From the NCBI GenBank assembly GCA_037131755.1, contig JBAXQJ010000001.1, positions 16,176 to 80,175 of the forward strand: a stretch of DNA of 64,000 nucleotides, read 5' to 3'. The notes below the pieces were generated by a model. It was not told the origin of the DNA, made no database searches, and saw only the letters and a program-made list of their open reading frames with translations. Positions 40,947 to 49,812 of this stretch are shown in pieces; the first letter of the stretch is position 1, and every line of letters starts with the position of its first letter. Both the position numbers and the translations under genes were made by a program. The stretch is from a bacterium. Lineage in GTDB: Bacteria; Patescibacteriota; Minisyncoccia; Phycocordibacterales; GWA1-40-21.

Positions 40947-42032
40947 ATGGGGAATAAAATTATGTCCCCCAAAAATAAGTATTCAAAATTTTTTGTACCG
41001 CCGGATTTTCTGGAAATGCCTTCCGTGGCAATTGAAATGTCTGAAAAAGGCGTCCGGTACTTGTCGGTAAAGAAAACAGATAAGGGTCTGTTGCCAGCCA
41101 AGACGGGTTTCATTCCGGTTTCTAAAGGGGTTATCCGTTTCGGTGAGGTTGTCAAAAAAAATGAGATAGTAAAAATCTTGGACAAGATAAAAAAAACCAC
41201 CGGCACGACTTTTGCCCGGGTTTCATTGCCGGAAGAAAAGACCTATATATTCAAGGTTCGTATCCCTAAGGTGGAAGAAAAGGAGATACGGCAGGTTTTG
41301 GAATTCAAGATCGAGGAAAATGTCCCACTTTCGGCGGCTGAGGCGATCTTTGATTACGAGATCATTTCTCACCAGAAAAAGAGCAGCCATATGGATCTTA
41401 TTGTCTCTGCCGTCTCAAGCAAGACGATCGATGAAATATCAGCCGTCTTGGCTGATGCTGGTTTGCAACCGGTCTGTTTCGGTCTGGATTCCAAAAATAC
41501 CGCCCGGTCGGTCGTGAAAGAAAATAACGAGCAGACTTTGGTTGTAGCGGACATAAAAGACAACCAGATTGTCTTGTCGCTGGTACTTGATGGATTAGTT
41601 TGGCAAACCTCGACTGTAAATTTTGGCGCTTCGACTTTTACCGATGCCTTGAAAAAATATTATGATATTTCCTTGGAAGAGGCAGAAAAGCTGAAGCAAG
41701 ACCGGTTATATACCGACAGCAAGGAAAGCATGGAGATTTTTTCTTATCTCATAAATACCGTCTCGGCCATTAAAGACGAGATATTCAAATTTATCACCTA
41801 TTGCAACGAAAGGGAGGACGTCAAAGACAAAGTCGATAAGGTAATCTTGTGCGGCAAGGATTCGGCTATCGTGGGCATGCAAAAATATCTGGAATTGAAC
41901 CTGAACCTGGATGTGGACATTGCCAACATCTGGATAAACAATTTTTCCCTGGCCGACTATGTCCCGACAATCGGGGCAGTGGAGTCTCTGGATTATGCCA
42001 ATGTTAACGGTCTTAACTTGTACGAATTATGA
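40947..42032 (+). CDS. pilM: Type IV pilus assembly protein PilM
   Basis: Actin-like PilM pattern (IEENVPLS..IFDYEII, VILCG); heads a 4-gene operon. Confidence 0.82.
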   Translation: MGNKIMSPKNKYSKFFVPPDFLEMPSVAIEMSEKGVRYLSVKKTDKGLLPAKTGFIPVSKGVIRFGEVVKKNEIVKILDKIKKTTGTTFARVSLPEEKTYIFKVRIPKVEEKEIRQVLEFKIEENVPLSAAEAIFDYEIISHQKKSSHMDLIVSAVSSKTIDEISAVLADAGLQPVCFGLDSKNTARSVVKENNEQTLVVADIKDNQIVLSLVLDGLVWQTSTVNFGASTFTDALKKYYDISLEEAEKLKQDRLYTDSKESMEIFSYLINTVSAIKDEIFKFITYCNEREDVKDKVDKVILCGKDSAIVGMQKYLELNLNLDVDIANIWINNFSLADYVPTIGAVESLDYANVNGLNLYEL

Positions 42033-42577
42033 GCGCAAATTTATTAACTGAAAAACAGAAAATTTTTGTCAAAAACGAATTCCGCCTGCGCCTAGCGGTG
42101 ACAGTGGTCTTTTTGGTGTTTTTGACTTCGGTCAACTATCTATCATACCTGATCCCTTATTATATTTCCGTCGTTAAAAAGGACCGGTTGGTAGCTGAAC
42201 AGTTTGCCGAAGTGATAACGGTGGAAAACAAGGAAAATAGCGGCAGCAGCATCACGCAAACTGTGAGGAGGACAAATGACATGATGAAATTGGTTGAAAT
42301 TTATGGCCAGCCGGCTTTGGTGATTTCGGAACAGATAGATAAAATCATCAGCAATAAGAATTCCGGAATCGTCATTAACAAGATATCCTCAAATTATCTC
42401 CAGCCGACAGACATGCAGATTAATATTTCCGGTCGGGCAAAAACCAGGGACAATCTGACCGTTTTTCTCCAGACGCTCAAAAGCAAGGCCGCCTTTTATG
42501 ATGTGAAATACCCAGTTTCCGATTTCTTGAAAAGCAACGATATTGATTTTACGATAAATATCCGGGCAAAAAAATAA
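42029..42577 (+). CDS. PilN-like protein
   Basis: N-terminal ANLL, single TM, ISGRAKTRDNL; follows pilM. Confidence 0.7.
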   Translation: MSANLLTEKQKIFVKNEFRLRLAVTVVFLVFLTSVNYLSYLIPYYISVVKKDRLVAEQFAEVITVENKENSGSSITQTVRRTNDMMKLVEIYGQPALVISEQIDKIISNKNSGIVINKISSNYLQPTDMQINISGRAKTRDNLTVFLQTLKSKAAFYDVKYPVSDFLKSNDIDFTINIRAKK

Positions 42578-42580
42578 GCT

Positions 42581-43141
42581 ATGAAAAAATACTCCACCAA
42601 AATAATATTTTCCGTTGCCGTCGCCATTCTTTCGATATCAGTCATCGGTAGTGCCGTATTTAGCTACTTGCTCGTCGATAAGATAAACAACATAAATGAC
42701 AAGATCAAGCAGATGGATCTTTCAACCCAAGAAAGGAACAAGCAGGGAGCGCAAAAGATGTCCGTCGTTGACACGGAAGCCGATCGGGCGAAATTAGAAA
42801 GCTATTTTGTTTCTGCCGACGGGGCGGTGGATTTCATCAAATACCTGGAGAATTTATCGGTCGAAGTCGGGGTTAAGGCCAACATTCAAAATATTAATTT
42901 TCAACCCTTGCGCGACACAGCTTATGCCAACACAGCCGAATATATCAGCTTGAATCTGTCAGTTGAAGGAACCTGGGCCAAGGTTTACCGTTATGTATTA
43001 CTACTGGAAAAGCTGCCTTTTGTGAGCGAGGTTGGCAATGTTGATATGACTGAAGTGACACAAACCGATGAGAAAAACAAAACCAAATCATTTTGGACAG
43101 CGACGATTTCCTTGAAGGTGATTAAGTTAAAAAATATTTAA
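42581..43141 (+). CDS. PilO-like protein
   Basis: TM + coiled coil + LSVEGTW..LEKLP. Confidence 0.7.
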   Translation: MKKYSTKIIFSVAVAILSISVIGSAVFSYLLVDKINNINDKIKQMDLSTQERNKQGAQKMSVVDTEADRAKLESYFVSADGAVDFIKYLENLSVEVGVKANIQNINFQPLRDTAYANTAEYISLNLSVEGTWAKVYRYVLLLEKLPFVSEVGNVDMTEVTQTDEKNKTKSFWTATISLKVIKLKNI

Positions 43142-43480
43142 ATGAAAAACTTAGATTTGAATAAAATACTCACTATGGATTTGTTTGGCAAAAAAAGCGT
43201 GAAGGCGGCCAAACCTTTTAGCCTCAGTAATTTTTGGCGAGTAACGATGATCACGTTTACTTTGGTGAACCTGGCTATTTCTGTCTTTGCCTGGCATGTT
43301 TATGTCGGCAATGACATTGGCGGTGGACTGGTCAGTCAGCCAGTGGTGGAAGGGGACACTTATGTGAAGGTGGTGGATAAAAACAAGCTCACCAAAGATC
43401 TAAAAATATATTCTGATGTAAGCAAAGCTTTTGATAATTTAAAAAATCAAGACATAAAGATCGTTGACCCGTCGCTGTAA
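43142..43480 (+). CDS. Single-TM protein ending the pil operon
   Basis: Abuts pilO-like gene; C-terminal DPSL. Confidence 0.65.
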   Translation: MKNLDLNKILTMDLFGKKSVKAAKPFSLSNFWRVTMITFTLVNLAISVFAWHVYVGNDIGGGLVSQPVVEGDTYVKVVDKNKLTKDLKIYSDVSKAFDNLKNQDIKIVDPSL

Positions 43481-43506
43481 AACTGTTATAGTCTCACGGC
43501 TCATTT

Positions 43507-43578
43507 GCCCCCGTAGTTCAATGGATAGAACAGAGCTCTTCTAAGGCTTTGATGTAGGTTCGATTCCTACCGAGGGCA
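43507..43578 (+). tRNA. tRNA-Arg(UCU)
   Basis: gcccccg...gagct CTTCTAA ggctt...ggttcgattcctaccgagggca. Confidence 0.92.
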
Positions 43579-43738
43579 CAAAATGGTGACTTCCCACAAG
43601 TCACACACCACGTTCAGAAATAGGGATATTTTGACACTGTCCGCATAGCCAAACAGCGTTTTTTATTGCTCTATATCTCTTTGCCAAAAGACGGCCTCAC
43701 TGAGCCAAATAATTGGTTCGAGTCTTGTGACCATGGTG

Positions 43739-44536
43739 TTATTTGGGGAAATTAGCAAAAGCCAAGTCATTTGAAAGATGCTCGATTGAAAAAGCATAAC
43801 CAATACCGACGTTTGCAGAACGAAGAATCTCTTCCCCCAATTTCTTCATCTGTATTTGACTACACATAAAGGCTGCTATCGGATCAACACCAGCCAATAC
43901 CACACCTCCTATGCTAGGTTTGACGGCTTCAATATTTTTATCAAACACCTCCATAAATTGGGTAAACAGCTTTGTAAGGCCAGTTGCTTTACGGGTGATG
44001 ATACCTAGAACATTACCAGTATCCGGATCTATCAATGGCCCACCAGAATTGCTCTGGTTGATACTCGCGTCGAGTTGAATTATTGAAACGGTTCCGGTTT
44101 TGTAGAAGGACGAGATCGTCCCTTTATGGCAAACAAGATTATTGTGTTCAAGTGGATAGCCAAGAAACAGAATGTCATCACCGACGGCTTTGTCTTTTGG
44201 GTTTCCGATCTCAAAGTTAAACCTGTTCATGGTCTTAATCACAGGAATATTGAACACCGCATAATCACAAGATTCTTCATAAGATCCAGTTACTAAATAC
44301 TTCATGAATTCGTCGTAGGAATACCTCAGTTCATCCTTTTTACTAGCAGGATCTTCATTGTCAAAACGAAGCAGGATATCTATGCCCGTTGAACCATATG
44401 GGACCTTGATTACGTGATTGCAGGTAATCAACAGCTGTTTGGAGAGGAACCCCGAACCCGAACCAATCTTTTCTTGGCCACGCATATAGTTAATATGAAC
44501 AATCCCAGATCTGACTTTTTTAATTATTTCTCGCAT
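43739..44536 (-). CDS. Trypsin-like serine protease (no signal peptide)
   Basis: GSGF, ITCNHV, DYAV, NQSNSGGPL. Confidence 0.9.
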   Translation of the reverse strand: MREIIKKVRSGIVHINYMRGQEKIGSGSGFLSKQLLITCNHVIKVPYGSTGIDILLRFDNEDPASKKDELRYSYDEFMKYLVTGSYEESCDYAVFNIPVIKTMNRFNFEIGNPKDKAVGDDILFLGYPLEHNNLVCHKGTISSFYKTGTVSIIQLDASINQSNSGGPLIDPDTGNVLGIITRKATGLTKLFTQFMEVFDKNIEAVKPSIGGVVLAGVDPIAAFMCSQIQMKKLGEEILRSANVGIGYAFSIEHLSNDLAFANFPK

Positions 44537-44672
44537 ATATCTCCCCTTGAAGGTGGTGTCAGTATATCACACCTATCACTAAATAGTCAGTTTAAGCTCC
44601 CATGGCAACAGCACTGGATATTACTAATCCCTCTGTTTGTTATAAATTCCTGTGTGCTAACTTTAGGATATT

Positions 44673-44989
44673 ATGAAAAACAAAACACCAACTCTAAGGG
44701 AGGTTTTTCAGACCTTTCGGATGAGAAATTAGAAGAAGTGGAAGAACGACTGGAAGAGCATGTGAGGGTGGCGATGGAGACTTACGAACGGATCAGTCAT
44801 GACCCGGTCGAATACAAAGGATTCAAAGCTCTTCTGGTACAAGAGAAGGAACGGAAGCAATCGGCTTCACAGTACCATTGCCCGGATTGTCGGAAGCAGT
44901 TTGCTTTGTCCGGGTATTCTCTTCCAACTGAGACTCAATCATCTGCCACAACTCCGGGTACAGGTCCCGAGGCGACACCTTGTAAATGA
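44673..44989 (+). pseudogene. Probable frameshifted small helical protein
   Basis: MKNKTPTLREVF from ATG 44673 appears to continue in another frame as DLSDEKLEEVEERL near 44708. Confidence 0.4.
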
Positions 44990-45149
44990 TCGCCAGACGA
45001 AACAGGTTGATAATATTCGGGACAGCATGACCGGCTTCCCATTTGGAGAGGCGGTCCGTGCAGTCGAGTTTCAAAGCTTCAGCCACTTCTCGTTGATATA
45101 GTCCGACGCGATTGCGATACAAGCGAAGGTTGTTTGTTGTTTTGTTCAT
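44823..45149 (-). CDS. XRE-family HTH regulator (copy 2)
   Basis: NNLRLYRNRVGLYQREVAEALKLDCTDRLSKWEAG. Confidence 0.9.
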   Translation of the reverse strand: MNKTTNNLRLYRNRVGLYQREVAEALKLDCTDRLSKWEAGHAVPNIINLFRLAIIYKVSPRDLYPELWQMIESQLEENTRTKQTASDNPGNGTVKPIASVPSLVPEEL

Positions 45150-45451
45150 GATGATTAGGTTAGCGCGATGGTTAAAAGTCACAAAGGAGGGCAAATGTGT
45201 CACAAGTGGCACGTCCCCATTATGGCGCTTCAGTGGAGTGAGGCCGTGGTTTTTCTTGGGATGATATGTTAGAATTCACACATGCTGAATCAGCAGGACC
45301 CTTCTTTAGGTGATCCTGCATGGTGGAGATTATTAAATCTAACATTCGGGGTGCGTCCCGTTGATGGGCACAACATGTGGTCCACACCAAGCGATGAAGC
45401 CAGGCCGGCTCGGCTCCTTGCATGAAAAACGGTCTGGGTGTATATTACTGG

Positions 45452-45546
45452 TATGCCTGTGGGCGCAAGCCCCTTTTCGGCTAAGGATTACCTAAGCTGA
45501 AGGCAGGCATAACAAAACAGCCCTCCACTCGGAGAGCTTTTTTGTT
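45452..45546 (+). ncRNA. Candidate three-way-junction sRNA
   Basis: TTGCAT(45418)-17 bp-TATATT(45441); tatgcctg/caggcata stem, gggc-GCAA-gccc, second stem, terminator. Confidence 0.55.
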
Positions 45547-45548
45547 GC

Positions 45549-46010
45549 CTAGAAATCCTCAATGCCATCGTCATAAAGCTTCTGATTGTTGAATTTCTTG
45601 TGCGGCATGACGCTCCAAAAGATGATCTTGCCGTCACCAACCCGTTTCAGGATCACGACGATCTTGCGCAGATAGTCTTGGCCGATGATGGCGTGGAAAC
45701 CCCAGTATTCAACATTCTTGGTTTTGAAGAAACCATCCTTGCCGACACTACCGGTTTTCTCAAGACTTTTCCGGTATTCCTGAAGAGTCCCGGCCTGCTT
45801 GATAACTTCCAGGGCTTTGGGTAGCAGGGTGAGCTTCAGAACTTGCTCATCCACGTTTCGTAGCATTCGGTTGCCTTTGTACTGAAGATGATTAAAGCCG
45901 TCAGAAGTCAAAATGATGTCACCTTGAAAATACGGGCAACGAATTTGTCCTTGAAGCGGATATGCTCGTTTTGCCTTTTCCAACGCTCTTTGTAATTTGT
46001 CTTGCTCCAT
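45549..46010 (-). CDS. Hypothetical protein, possibly BECR/RelE-like RNase
   Basis: CPYF..GFNHL, EYWGF, VILKRVGDGKIIFWSV beta-meander end; fold is an inference. Confidence 0.6.
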   Translation of the reverse strand: MEQDKLQRALEKAKRAYPLQGQIRCPYFQGDIILTSDGFNHLQYKGNRMLRNVDEQVLKLTLLPKALEVIKQAGTLQEYRKSLEKTGSVGKDGFFKTKNVEYWGFHAIIGQDYLRKIVVILKRVGDGKIIFWSVMPHKKFNNQKLYDDGIEDF

Positions 46011-46035
46011 GAGAGTAGAGACATTCTACCATGAC

Positions 46036-46293
46036 TTATTCTTTCGGAGAAATTTGAGCGTTGGTAAGTTTTGATTCAATCGTCTGGCGCAAGTCTTGAT
46101 ACAGATCTTGAGGCGAAACTTTATAGATTGAAGCCAAGCGAAACAGATTGACCACGTTCGGCATGGCGACTCCATTTTCCCAACGAGATAAGCGATCAGC
46201 AAAATCCAGGCCGAGTTGCCGGGCTACATCTACCTGACGCAAACCAACTTTGAGACGATATGCTTTGAGGTTGTTGTGTGTAATATTGTTCAT
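46036..46293 (-). CDS. XRE-family HTH regulator (copy 3)
   Basis: NNLKAYRLKVGLRQVDVARQLGLDFADRLSRWENG, close to copy 1. Confidence 0.92.
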   Translation of the reverse strand: MNNITHNNLKAYRLKVGLRQVDVARQLGLDFADRLSRWENGVAMPNVVNLFRLASIYKVSPQDLYQDLRQTIESKLTNAQISPKE

Positions 46294-46574
46294 AATAATA
46301 ATTTTATGAGAAATGATAAATGGTGCAAAGGCGGGTAAACGTATCACTTGCGATACACCACTATTAGATTAGAGCAATTGGTGAAAGTCACAAAGGAGGG
46401 CAAACGTGCCGGAAGAGGCACGTTCCCATTAGGCAGCATCATCAAGCCAACCCTGTGGTTTTTCTTGAGGTGACATGTTATTATTCAAATGAGTCGAATC
46501 AGCAGACCCCTTCTTCAGGTGATCCTGAAGCGTTGAGATTATCATATCCAACATTCGAGGTGTATCCCGTTGAT

Positions 46575-46626
46575 GGGCACAAATTTTAAAACACTTTCAA
46601 CAGGAAGTGTTTTAAAATTTGTGCCC
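46575..46626. repeat. Palindrome, displaced downstream flank of tRNA-Arg(UCU)
   Basis: gggcacaaattttaaaacactt...aagtgttttaaaatttgtgccc; same outer arms as 4429-4472. Confidence 0.8.
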
Positions 46627-46699
46627 GAGAGTAAACAAATGATTCTGTTGGGATATTTAAATTGATTTTTTGCGATTTTAGTGTAGTATCTTCATATAA

Positions 46700-46772
46700 G
46701 GGCGGTTAGCTCAGTTGGTAGAGCGTTTCATTTACACTGAAAGGGTCACAGGTCCGAGTCCTGTACCGCCCA
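46700..46772 (+). tRNA. tRNA-Val(UAC)
   Basis: tttca TTTACAC tgaaa; T-loop TCCGAGT. Confidence 0.93.
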
Positions 46773-46773
46773 C

Positions 46774-47487
46774 ATGGAAGTTCAAATTCTCTATGAAGAT
46801 AAAAACCTTTTGGTAATCAACAAGCCAGCCGGTCTTGTCGTGCATACGGACGGTCGGACATCTGAACCGACGGTCATCGACTGGATAAAAGAAAAATACC
46901 CCAAGAATGAGAAAGTGGGGGAACCTTTGAAAATTGTCACTGGCGAGACTATTAAGCGATACGGAGTAGTACACAGAATCGATCGCGAAACCTCGGGAGT
47001 CTTGCTGATCGCTAAAAATCAGGACGCCTACGATTTCTTAAAAAAACAATTCCTAAAGCGGGATATCGAAAAGACCTACCACGCAATCGTCTATGGCGAT
47101 TTGCGTTACGACGAGGGATTGATCAATCTGCCAATCGGCCGCCACAAAAACGACTTTAGACGCTGGTCAGCTGACAAAAAAATACGCGGGGAGGCGAGAG
47201 AAGCCCTGACTTATTATAAGGTACTGGGCCGGAAAAAAGACTATACTTTGGTTGAAGCCAACCCGCAGACTGGGCGGACTCACCAGCTGAGAGTCCATTT
47301 TAGCGCTCAAGGACACCCGATTGTCGGAGACAAGCTTTATGCTCCAGGAAAGAAAACGATTGAGGGCCTGGATAGGCTGGCTCTGCACGCTTATTCCATA
47401 GAATTTGAATCACCGGACAAAAAGATCCACAAGATTATCGCGCCGTACCCGGCTGATTTCAAGGAGGCGATTGGTATTTTTAGATAG
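46774..47487 (+). CDS. RluA/RluD pseudouridine synthase
   Basis: NKPAGL, HRIDRETSG, TGRTHQLRVH, PIVGD, LALHA. Confidence 0.95.
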   Translation: MEVQILYEDKNLLVINKPAGLVVHTDGRTSEPTVIDWIKEKYPKNEKVGEPLKIVTGETIKRYGVVHRIDRETSGVLLIAKNQDAYDFLKKQFLKRDIEKTYHAIVYGDLRYDEGLINLPIGRHKNDFRRWSADKKIRGEAREALTYYKVLGRKKDYTLVEANPQTGRTHQLRVHFSAQGHPIVGDKLYAPGKKTIEGLDRLALHAYSIEFESPDKKIHKIIAPYPADFKEAIGIFR

Positions 47488-47514
47488 GACTTGAGTCATC
47501 TAAAGATAGAGCGA

Positions 47515-47606
47515 ACCTTTACTACTTTAGAGACTAGCGAGCGCGACGGCGCGAACTCGAGGAATTTTCTAGCAAGAAAATATCCGTGCTCTAAAGTAGT
47601 AAAGGT
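47515..47606. repeat. Intergenic REP/MITE-like element, copy 2
   Basis: Same core as 40813-40904. Confidence 0.85.
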
Positions 47607-47670
47607 GAGAGCTCGATTTGCCAAAAAAGGAGAGTTGTGCTAGATTAACTCGCATAATTGATTAAATAAT

Positions 47671-48066
47671 ATGAAGATTTCAACCGTAAACATCGAAGAG
47701 AGAAAGAACCTGGATTTGCGATCAAACGATACGATAAAGGTTCACCAGAAAATCAAGGAAGGCGATAAAACCAGAACCCAGGTTTTTGAAGGTTTGGTTA
47801 TTGCTGTAAAGCATGGCAAGGAAGCGGGAGGTACTTTTACCGTTCGAAAGGTTGTCGATGGCGTCGGGGTGGAAAGAATTTTCCCTCTTTATGCTCCATC
47901 TATCGAGAAAATTGAAATCGTGAGAAGAGCTCAGGCTCGACGGGCGAAATTGTATTACATCCGAGACAAAGCGGCCAAGGAAATCCGAAAGAAAATGCGA
48001 AAGATGATCTCGATCAAGAGTCCAGAGAAAGTCGAAGAAGCAAAAACCGAAGAGGTCAAAGCTTAA
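47671..48066 (+). CDS. rplS: 50S ribosomal protein L19
   Basis: [34 protein letters not shown]. Confidence 0.98.
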   Translation: MKISTVNIEERKNLDLRSNDTIKVHQKIKEGDKTRTQVFEGLVIAVKHGKEAGGTFTVRKVVDGVGVERIFPLYAPSIEKIEIVRRAQARRAKLYYIRDKAAKEIRKKMRKMISIKSPEKVEEAKTEEVKA

Positions 48067-48076
48067 ATAAAAATTA

Positions 48077-48113
48077 AATCAGCCGGGTTTCGCGAAGCGA
48101 AACCCGGCTGATT
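48077..48113 (+). terminator. Hairpin after rplS
   Basis: aatcagccgggtttcgc-gaa-gcgaaacccggctgatt. Confidence 0.8.
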
Positions 48114-48162
48114 GTTTATTTGATTGAATTATTTGTCTTTTTAAGCTATATTCTATGCTAAT

Positions 48163-48246
48163 GCACGGGTGGCGAAATTGGTAGACGCACTACCTTGAGG
48201 TGGTAGCGCCCGCAAGGGCATGGGAGTTCAAATCTCCCCTCGTGCA
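48163..48246 (+). tRNA. tRNA-Leu(GAG)
   Basis: ctacc TTGAGGT ggtag; variable arm; gttcaaatc. Confidence 0.95.
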
Positions 48247-48399
48247 CAGACAAAAATAAGTCCGATGCGAATACCTGAAGCATCGGGCTATTTTTGACGC
48301 ACAAAGGGAGACTTGAAAGCCGGAGTGCGACGGCACGAGGCGGGGTCGCGAGTTTTGTCAGTAGACAAAAACCGGTGACCAAATCTCCCTTCGTGCACA
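48247..48399 (+). repeat. tRNA-Leu 3'-end duplication element
   Basis: Hairpin, inverted copy gcacaaagggagacttgaa (~48298-48317), direct copy 48380-48399. Confidence 0.8.
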
Positions 48400-48412
48400 A
48401 GTGAGGATAAAG

Positions 48413-49141
48413 TTACTTAAAATTTAAATCAGACCTAAAGCCAAGTTCCGATCTGTCAAACTTGGTCGGTCGGTCAAGTCGACCCCAATAGGCAAACTGG
48501 CTTTTTCTCTGAAAGAAATTTTTCATCGGGTGAGAATGTCTCAGACTAAAACCGGGATCTAGTATTATTTTGTACCCGCTATTTATTGCCCAGGCTGCCC
48601 ATTCGCCATCTTCACCACCCATCTCATACCTTTCATCGAAAGGATGTTTTTCCCAAAGAGATTTCCTGAGGGCGCAATTGGTAGCGCTCATGATGCCTTT
48701 TGTATTGGAAACCAATCTTTTCCCAAATATTAATCCCTTTAAATACCAAAAGGAGTAAGTAATAAATTCAACTAAATGAGCTCCATTTCTTGGTAATTGA
48801 GTACCGTAAAAACCAGCAACATTTTTATCTTGAAAATTTTCTACCACTTTTTGTAGCCACTTGTCTGATACAGGTAGGGCATGGCCGACAGTCAGGACGA
48901 CATATTCGCCAGTGGTATTTTTGACCCCGAGGTTCATCGATTTCGGATACGAAAACTCGTTTCTTGGCAGGGTGATCACTTTGGCGCCAAAGTCCAGGGC
49001 CAACTCTTTTGTCCCGTCGGTCGATTCATTGTCTACCACGATAATTTCAAAAGGCTCGGAGCATTTTTGGCTACGAAGGGAGATCAGGAGCTTTTCTAGA
49101 CTAGCTCTTTCGTTTATTGTTCTTATCACAACCGATATCAT
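48413..49141 (-). CDS. Glycosyltransferase family 2
   Basis: MISVVIRT, EIIVVDNESTDGT, GGED. Confidence 0.9.
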   Translation of the reverse strand: MISVVIRTINERASLEKLLISLRSQKCSEPFEIIVVDNESTDGTKELALDFGAKVITLPRNEFSYPKSMNLGVKNTTGEYVVLTVGHALPVSDKWLQKVVENFQDKNVAGFYGTQLPRNGAHLVEFITYSFWYLKGLIFGKRLVSNTKGIMSATNCALRKSLWEKHPFDERYEMGGEDGEWAAWAINSGYKIILDPGFSLRHSHPMKNFFQRKSQFAYWGRLDRPTKFDRSELGFRSDLNFK

Positions 49142-49185
49142 CCCCAAACTATATACTATCTCTAAAATACTGTATACTATTTTGT

Positions 49186-49746
49186 ATGTTATACACCGGA
49201 AAAGGGGATGATGGTCAAACGACTTTGTTCCATTGCGAACAAAGGTTTTCAAAAAGCTCGATTGTGGCCGAAGCCCTCGGTTCTTTGGATGAACTCAACT
49301 CTTTTTTGGGTGTCGTAAAAGCAAAATTGGCCGAAAGAAATATTACTTTATATTCCGTGGGGCCGGAAAGAGCGGCTGATATCATACAGGAGATGCAGGA
49401 GAATTTATTTATCATCCAGGCGGAGGTGGCCGGAGTGGAAAAAACAGTTAGTGAAGAAAAAATAAAGGAAGTGGAGGACCTGATTGCCGGTATTGGAAAA
49501 GAAATTCCACCAATTAACTCTTTTGTTATCCCAGGAGTATCCATTGAATCGGCGGAAATAGATTTTGCTCGGACCTTGGCCCGTAAGGTGGAGAGGAGAG
49601 TGGTCGCTGTAAATACCGAGGGCTTTATTAAAGTTTCAGCCAACACCTTGGCTTATTTGAATCGTCTTTCGAGCTTACTATTTGCTCTGGCTAGACTTTC
49701 TGCCCATAAAAGTGGCATTCAAGAAAATAGTCCAAGTTATAAGTAG
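49186..49746 (+). CDS. pduO: PduO-type cob(I)alamin adenosyltransferase
   Basis: LYTGKGDDGQT, GSLDELNS, RKVERR, YLNRLSSLLF. Confidence 0.9.
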   Translation: MLYTGKGDDGQTTLFHCEQRFSKSSIVAEALGSLDELNSFLGVVKAKLAERNITLYSVGPERAADIIQEMQENLFIIQAEVAGVEKTVSEEKIKEVEDLIAGIGKEIPPINSFVIPGVSIESAEIDFARTLARKVERRVVAVNTEGFIKVSANTLAYLNRLSSLLFALARLSAHKSGIQENSPSYK

Positions 49747-49812
49747 GTACTATTTTAATTATCCACAGAATTGAGTATTTACATTACTTCCTCTTTTCCA
49801 TATAATTAGGGT

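Larger units (their letters stand above)
43574..45373. mobile_element. Module A (~1.8 kb): XRE head + trypsin-like protease cargo
   Basis: Bounded by gggcacaa at 43574-43581 and 45366-45373. Confidence 0.8.
45366..46582. mobile_element. Module B (~1.2 kb): XRE head + putative RNase and sRNA cargo
   Basis: Bounded by gggcacaa at 45366-45373 and 46575-46582. Confidence 0.8.

Noticed and set aside
44414-44989. 191-aa ORF as an intact gene
   Set aside because: Overlaps the protease and XRE genes on the opposite strand; only the central part looks coding
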